A DNA stretch of 64,000 nucleotides from the human T2T-CHM13v2.0 reference genome, Homo sapiens: the NCBI RefSeq assembly GCF_009914755.1, contig NC_060932.1. One strand, 5' to 3'. Shown here in pieces: positions 57,439-64,000 of the stretch (within the stretch, counting starts at the first letter, position 1; every line of letters starts with the position of its first letter). The translations under genes and the position numbers were made by a program. A model generated the notes under the pieces. It worked only from the letters and a program-made list of their open reading frames with translations. It was not told the DNA's origin and ran no database searches.

Positions 57439-57565
57439 CCTGGAGAAATGTCTTCCCGTGTAAAGGCAGGCTGTCTGGCTGCTGTCAGTTTGCCATTAAT
57501 TTGTGTGGTTCCTTAATTAAAGGCTATGTCCTGCACTAGGTAGTAAACTCTCTGAGTATAGGGAT

Positions 57566-58222
57566 TGTAATACTTTCCTGTGACTGCTGTAACTGAGCCT
57601 TTAAAAGGCCATTTCACCGTTCTGTCAAGCCAGCCGCTTCAGGACGATGGGGAACGTGGGAAGACCAGATAGTTCCACGGCCCATCGCTGTGCTGTAGTT
57701 GCAGTTGTTCGCTGTCAGGTGGCGAGTGCAGATATGAACCATCTGGAAGCCAGGACCCAGTGTGTTTTCTTCCTCGTTCGGCTGGTCCTAGGGAACTCCT
57801 TACGAGGCATAGGCATCAGCAGGGGCCACACTCACTTGGAAGCTCTGGGTGAACATCTGTTTCCTTGCCTTTCCAGCATCTAGGGCTACATTCCCTGCAT
57901 TCCTTGGCTCACAGCACCTTCCTCTATCTTCAGTGCTAGTGTGTAGCATCTTCTCTCTGACTCCGCTTCCCCCTGCTGCTGTCACGTGGCCTTCTGCTCT
58001 TCTGTCTGGAATCTCCCTCTGCCTCTCTCTTAGAATGACACTGAGGATGGCGTTTAGGGCCCACCCAGATCATCCAGAATGATCTCCCCACCTCAAGATC
58101 CTTAACTTCATCACATCTGCAGTATAAGATAACATCTTTTTTTGGCATATAAGATAGCATTCACAGGTTCCAGGGGTTAGGACCTGGGTATCTTTTGGAG
58201 GACCACAATGCTGCCCATCACA
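57566..58222 (-). mobile_element. MLT1C/D solo LTR with an internal ERV-L pol replacement
   Basis: TG...CA termini; perfect 5-bp TSD gggat (57561-57565, 58223-58227); MLT1 body from 57814. Confidence 0.9.
57586..57813 (-). pseudogene. ERV-L pol fragment (RNase H start fused to an integrase segment)
   Basis: Minus strand reads GVP*DQPNEEENT... (recalled ERV-L GVPYDQLTEEEKT) and IWSSHVPHRPEAAGLTER*NGLLKAQL (recalled ERV-L integrase WSYHVPHHPEAAGLIERWNGLLK). Confidence 0.85.
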
Positions 58223-58315
58223 GGGATTATGTGTTTTCTTTGTAGCCTCACAAGCTAGTACAGCACCTGGGACTGGGTAAGCCAGTGACATAGCGAATGA
58301 ATCAATAAATAGTGT

Positions 58316-58970
<655 letters not shown>

Positions 58971-60532
58971 GCAGATCAAGATCCCATTGCGTTAGAAATC
59001 AAACTCACAGGAATCCAGAAAGAGTACTGGAGGCAAGCTTGGGAACACCAGGCACAGGGGGATTTAACTTGGTGGCTTCTGAAATACACATCAAGTTGCA
59101 CCACTCTCCATTGCCCTCAGGATAAACACTACTGAGGTCCTGCTTCCCCTCTCCTCTCCCCGCTTTCGTAAAGTCCCATACTACCCCTAAAATTGGCCCT
59201 AGGACGCTTGCACTATCAGTACTTCTGTTTTCTTTTTCTCCACTAGACTTAAGCTCCAAGAGGACAGCCCTAAGCCAGGCTCCATCTCCTCCATCTCATT
59301 TATCTCCCCCACTCCCACCAGGACAGAAGGTGGCACTTAGTGGCTGCTCAAATATCTGTTAAATGAATAGAGGAACTACTAATGAGTGGATAAGAACCCG
59401 ACAACCTTGCTTTTGAGAATATTGGCTTATCGGGGAAACTGGATTGTTTTGTTCACTACTGTGTCCCCAGTGCCTACACCAGGGGTCTGTCTGGCAAATC
59501 ATCAGAAAATATTTGGCAAGGAGAAGTAGGGGACATTCAAAGATCCTGTGGCTTAGGGGGCAGAATGTTCAGGGAGAAGAGTGTGTGAGGTTTGGGGGGT
59601 ACCTTGGAATTATGTCTTGGGAGATGAGTTGGGATAGAATTCAATGAAAATGGGGAACCAGCATGGATTATTACTGAAAGAAGAGATGGGTAAGATCAGA
59701 GATTTAGGGGAGATTTGCCTGGCGGCAGGCACAGGGCAAATTGGGATAAAGAGACTTGGGAAGGAAGGAAAGTCATTCGATTCCCGTAATATAGGCAAGC
59801 TGTCAGGATGGCTGGGACTAGTGTGGAGCCATCTGGAATGTTACGAACAAATGACAACAGAGCATGGATTCAGATTATAGGAGAGAAACCAACTCATGAG
59901 CTAAGGCCTCACACCCTGGGCCAACGGGGGTATCCAAGATGACTCTTGTGTTTGCCAACCTGAGTGACAGAGCTTGGTGCCCCCTCAGGTGTGGGAAAGG
60001 AAATGAGGAAGCCAGGTGATCATCTTGACTTGGGACAAGGTGAGTTTTCCATAAAGATAGGACATCCTATTATTTTTACTGTGGTTGTTACAATTACTAT
60101 CATTATTATCTTATTGGTTAACATTATTGAATATTTCCTATATACCAAGTTGTGTTGTGCACTTTTCTTCAATCAATATTATTTGATTCCACAGCAATCT
60201 TGTGTTAGTTTCTATTATTTCCATGATACAGATGAGAAAACTGAGATTTTCTTTTACTTCTGAAATGCACTTTCCCTCAAACAAGCTAGTTGTTATAACG
60301 TTTTTCTAACACCACCCGTGTAACACCAGGCGCACTTACTTTTTCATTTCTTTCCCTGTTTGCCTGCTTTGATCAGCCGGAGCTCCTTGATCAGACTTGC
60401 TCATTCCATCAGCCAAGAAGTAACCCCACTTCTCATTTGTGTGTAGGGTTTTGCTTCTTCATATCTTTATATTTTGGCCAAGCTTCCTTACCCAGGGTCA
60501 TTACATCTTGGAACATTAGGACTGACAGTTGG

Positions 60533-60801
60533 ATCCCAGCACTTTGGGAGGCCAAGGCGGGCAGATCACTTGAGGTCAGGAGTTCGAGACCTGGCTGACC
60601 AACATGGTAAAACCCTGTGTCTACTAAACATACAAAAATTAGCCAAGCATGGTGGTGCACACCTGTAATGCCAGCTACTCGAGAGGCTGAGGCATGAGAA
60701 AAGCTTGACTCCAGGAAGCAGAGGTTGCAGTGAGCCAAGATTGTGCAACTGTGCTCCAGCCTGGGTGACAGCGAGACCATGTCTTAAAAAAAAAAAAAAA
60801 A
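60533..60801 (+). mobile_element. Slightly 5'-truncated AluS
   Basis: Begins atcccagcactttggg; TSD gacagttg (60524-60531, 60802-60809). Confidence 0.95.
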
Positions 60802-61701
60802 GACAGTTGTTGGGAATTCCCCTGGAAAAGGCTAAAGCAAATCTCAAAGACATGGTTTTCGTGTCTGAAAAACTCCACTGAGCATTATTTTGTTTCTTGT
60901 TCTTATATACCCGTAGCTCACACTCAGTCTCAAAATCTATGGAGTACACAGGTTACCAGTATAAATCCAACTCTATGGCGCTATGGGAAGCTATGGCTGC
61001 TACATAGCTTTTGAAATTGACTAATGTGTTCTTGCACCTAATGGGGAGCCACAGGGGCCAAAGAAGGATCTAGTTTTGGTCCCCATCTTAATTCAGCAGG
61101 CCGGCTCCATGCTGTAGCTCTTGTTTGTACAACAGGAAGGTAACAGTCTTCCCGTTACCTGCTTCTAAAACCCAGAAGGTAACAGCACAGAGCGGGTGTA
61201 ATGAAGGCTCTGAGACAGATCACTGAAGAAACCTCTCTTCAGCCTCAGCAGCCTCAGGGGAAAATAGAGGTCCTAGCATTTCCTGCTCTGCCTCCTCAGG
61301 GCTAAGAAGCTCCTGCAAGAGGATGCATGTAGAAATGTTTTGTGGGCTGCAATGCACACTCAAGACCCAAGGGATACTTATTACCATCAGCAGCATCACC
61401 GCGGTCATTACTGGTGCAGAGGTGATGGAAAGGACTATTGGCAAAAAGGAACAAGCAGCCTGGTGACTTTCTACAAAAAAGCAACACTTTACAGAATTGC
61501 TTAGAAATGTGAAAGAGGGATTGCGGAAGAATGGACAGCCCCCACAGGTTCTTTCTGAAGTGTAAATTAAAAATCATGCCTTTTTAGAACCCTTCCACAT
61601 GGGACAGACTTGGTAAGAATTTTGCCTCCGTGGTGAAGGTGATCCTACAAAGGACCTTCTCTTCCCACCTTTTGGTGCATCCCACACGTGTCCTGAGAGA
61701 A

Positions 61702-61932
61702 TTTTTTTTTTTTTTTTTGAGACGGAGTCTTGCTCTGTCACCCAAATAGATGGGGTTACAGGCACCAGCCACCACGCCTAATTTTTGTTTTTTTTTATTT
61801 TTTATTTTTTTCAGTAGAGATGGGGTTTCACCATGTTGGCCAGGTTGGCCTCGAACTCCTGACCTCAGGTGATCTGACTGCCTCGGTCTCCCAAAGTGCT
61901 GGGAATACAGGTGTGAGCCACTGTGTTCAGCC
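61702..61932 (-). mobile_element. Alu with an internal right-arm deletion
   Basis: ctctgtcaccca joined directly to aatagatggggttacagg; TSD tgagaga. Confidence 0.92.
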
Positions 61933-63383
61933 TGAGAGACCATCTAAAAGATGGAGGACGGGGGTGCTGGGAATATTGTCAGACCCATGGGAAGTAGGGG
62001 GACCGGCTGGCACACTGGCACCCAGCAGTTGTTGGTCCATCCACCAAGACGTCACACCAGGAAGGTCAACCAGAACCATCCCTTTTTCGGCCCAAAGCTG
62101 GTCCTGGTGTATCATGGGAGGCCTCCCTGGCCTGAGGGCTGTTCCAGGTCCAGATAGGGCACGTCTTCCACTAGGCTGTCAAAGGTCACCTGCCAATAAC
62201 CCCCCAGCCTATGTACCTTTGCATGGGCCTTGATACCTCTCTGATCCTTATAAAATGAGTGGAGCTGAACACCATCAGGTCCAGACTTGCAGCCATAATT
62301 TCCCTGGCCTTCACCCTGCCTGACTGAAGCTGTTTTGTTGTGTTAGGACACAGTCGTGCATGAGGCTCCACGCCTGGCGCCTCCAGGAGCCACGAGTATT
62401 ATGCAGGGCTCGTACACTGCTGCCTGCGTGAGAAGGGCCAGAGTTTGTGCGGTAGGCCTCATGTTTCTCCCTATTAGCCTTGGGCCTGCAGAAGAACCTG
62501 CCACAAGACATTCATCTCTTATAAGACTGAAGACAGGACGGAAAGAAGAGAGAGAGAGAGGAGAGAGCAGGTAGATAATGTTGCACGCCTTATGTCATCT
62601 GATCCTCAATACAGCCCTAGGAAATAAAAAGAAAAATATTTATTAGTTCAGCTTAAAGACAGATTTAGCTCCAGCAGCTTCAAAGTAAGATCTTTCACCT
62701 CCCAAAGCAGAGGTTCTATACAGGGGTGTGTAGCCGAGGATGTAAGTCACATATGTACCCAGTCATTACGCGCTGCAGCATCAGAGTCTTCAGGAGGTTC
62801 TCACCCCAGCTGCCCATCAAGATCACCCAGGGAACTTCAAAACCTACCAATACCTGGCCCTACCCCAAGATTCTGATGTAACTGGTCTAGGATGTGGCCT
62901 GAGCACCAGGATATTTAAGCAGACATGATTTCTGATTTTAAAATATCTTTCTGGAGCATTAATGAATGGGAGAAGGAAATGAGTGGGGGCCCAAGAGAAA
63001 CCAGGCAGGAGGCCTAGATGAGAGATGATGGTGCCTTGGATCGGGGTGGTCATAGTGGAAAATGAGAGCGCTAGATGAACCGTAGACCTGATTTGGAGGT
63101 GGCACAGACAGTACGAGCTGGTGTGTGACTCTCTAAAGACTAGCATTTTCAAATGTGGAGCAGAGGCAGTCATCATCCTAACTGTGGCAATTTTGTGGAA
63201 ACTGAAGACAACAGCAGATCTTGGCCTTGTGAATCTTATGGGTCAGGGCTGAGAGTTCTAGCTCACTGCCCATTCCCAAGAAAGAGCAGCTCAGCTTCTC
63301 CGGGGCTGCTGGAGGAGCTTCCTAAGAGGTGGAGTGGAGTGAGATGAATGGCACAGGCTGCAAACCAAGCTCAGCTTGCCCAC

Positions 63384-63994
63384 TGTATTAGTTTCCAATG
63401 GCTGCTGTTAGAAATTACCACAAACTTAGTGGCCTAAAGCACCACAAGTTTATTCTTCTCTTTAATTTCTGGAGGTCAGATGTCAAAAATCAGATGCACT
63501 GAGCTAAAGTCAAGGTATTGGCGGGCCGGCTCCTTCTGGAGGCTTCAGGGAGAATCTGTTTCCTTGCCTTCTCCGGCCTCTGGTGTCCACCTGTGTTCCT
63601 TCTCCATCTTCAAAGCACATCACACCAATGTCTGCTTCCATAATCACATTGCCTTCTCCTTCGTAGTCAAAACTCCTGCCTCCAGAATCGCTTGAACCCA
63701 GGAGGCGAAGGTTGCAGTGAGCTGAGATCGCGCCATTGTACTCCAGCCTGTGTGACAAGAGTGAAACTCCATCTCAAAAAGAAACCTCCTGTCTCCCTCT
63801 CATAAGGACACTTGTGGTTACATTTAGGTCCCACTTGGGGAATCCAGGATAATCTCTCCATCTCAAGATCCTTAATCACACTGTCAAATTCCCTTTTCAC
63901 GTCATCCAAATCCCTTTGCCGTACAAAGTAAGATTCCCAGATTCCAGGAATTAGGACCTGGATATCTTTGAGGACCATTTTTCAGCCTACCACA
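63384..63994 (-). mobile_element. MLT1C/D solo LTR split by an Alu fragment
   Basis: tgtattagtttccaatggctgctg...aattaccacaaacttagtggc...ttcagcctaccaca. Confidence 0.92.
63684..63781 (+). mobile_element. 5'-truncated Alu (~100 bp)
   Basis: agaatcgcttgaacccagg...ctcaaaaa; TSD aaaactcctgcctcc / aaacctcctgtctcc. Confidence 0.93.
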
Positions 63995-64000
63995 CCCTGG

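Overview
Primate genomic DNA, most likely human or great ape (AluS and L1PA3/4 present). It is dominated by interspersed repeats: about 22 Alu/FLAM copies, L1 fragments (including a ~6 kb L1MA), many MIR/L2 relics, ten solo LTRs (MLT1, MST, THE1, MER4A1), DNA transposons (Tigger, MER8, MER20, MER45, MER58, MER5, MADE1), a hY1 Y-RNA retrocopy and microsatellites. I found no credible protein-coding exon. The supplied ORFs are Alu/L1-derived or chance, and I cannot name the locus. All subfamily calls come from my recollection of consensus sequences, not from a search. The most unusual structure is an MLT1 solo LTR (57566-58222, intact 5-bp TSD) whose poly(A)-signal region is replaced by a CpG-rich ERV-L pol fragment (RNase H start fused to an integrase segment) with microhomology junctions. 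Other notable points: an L1PA4 with an apparent 3' transduction; all ten LTRs lie on the minus strand, hinting at a + strand host transcript; and several repeat-free, motif-dense islands that may be enhancers or non-coding exons. I do not see evidence for a wholly new biological system.
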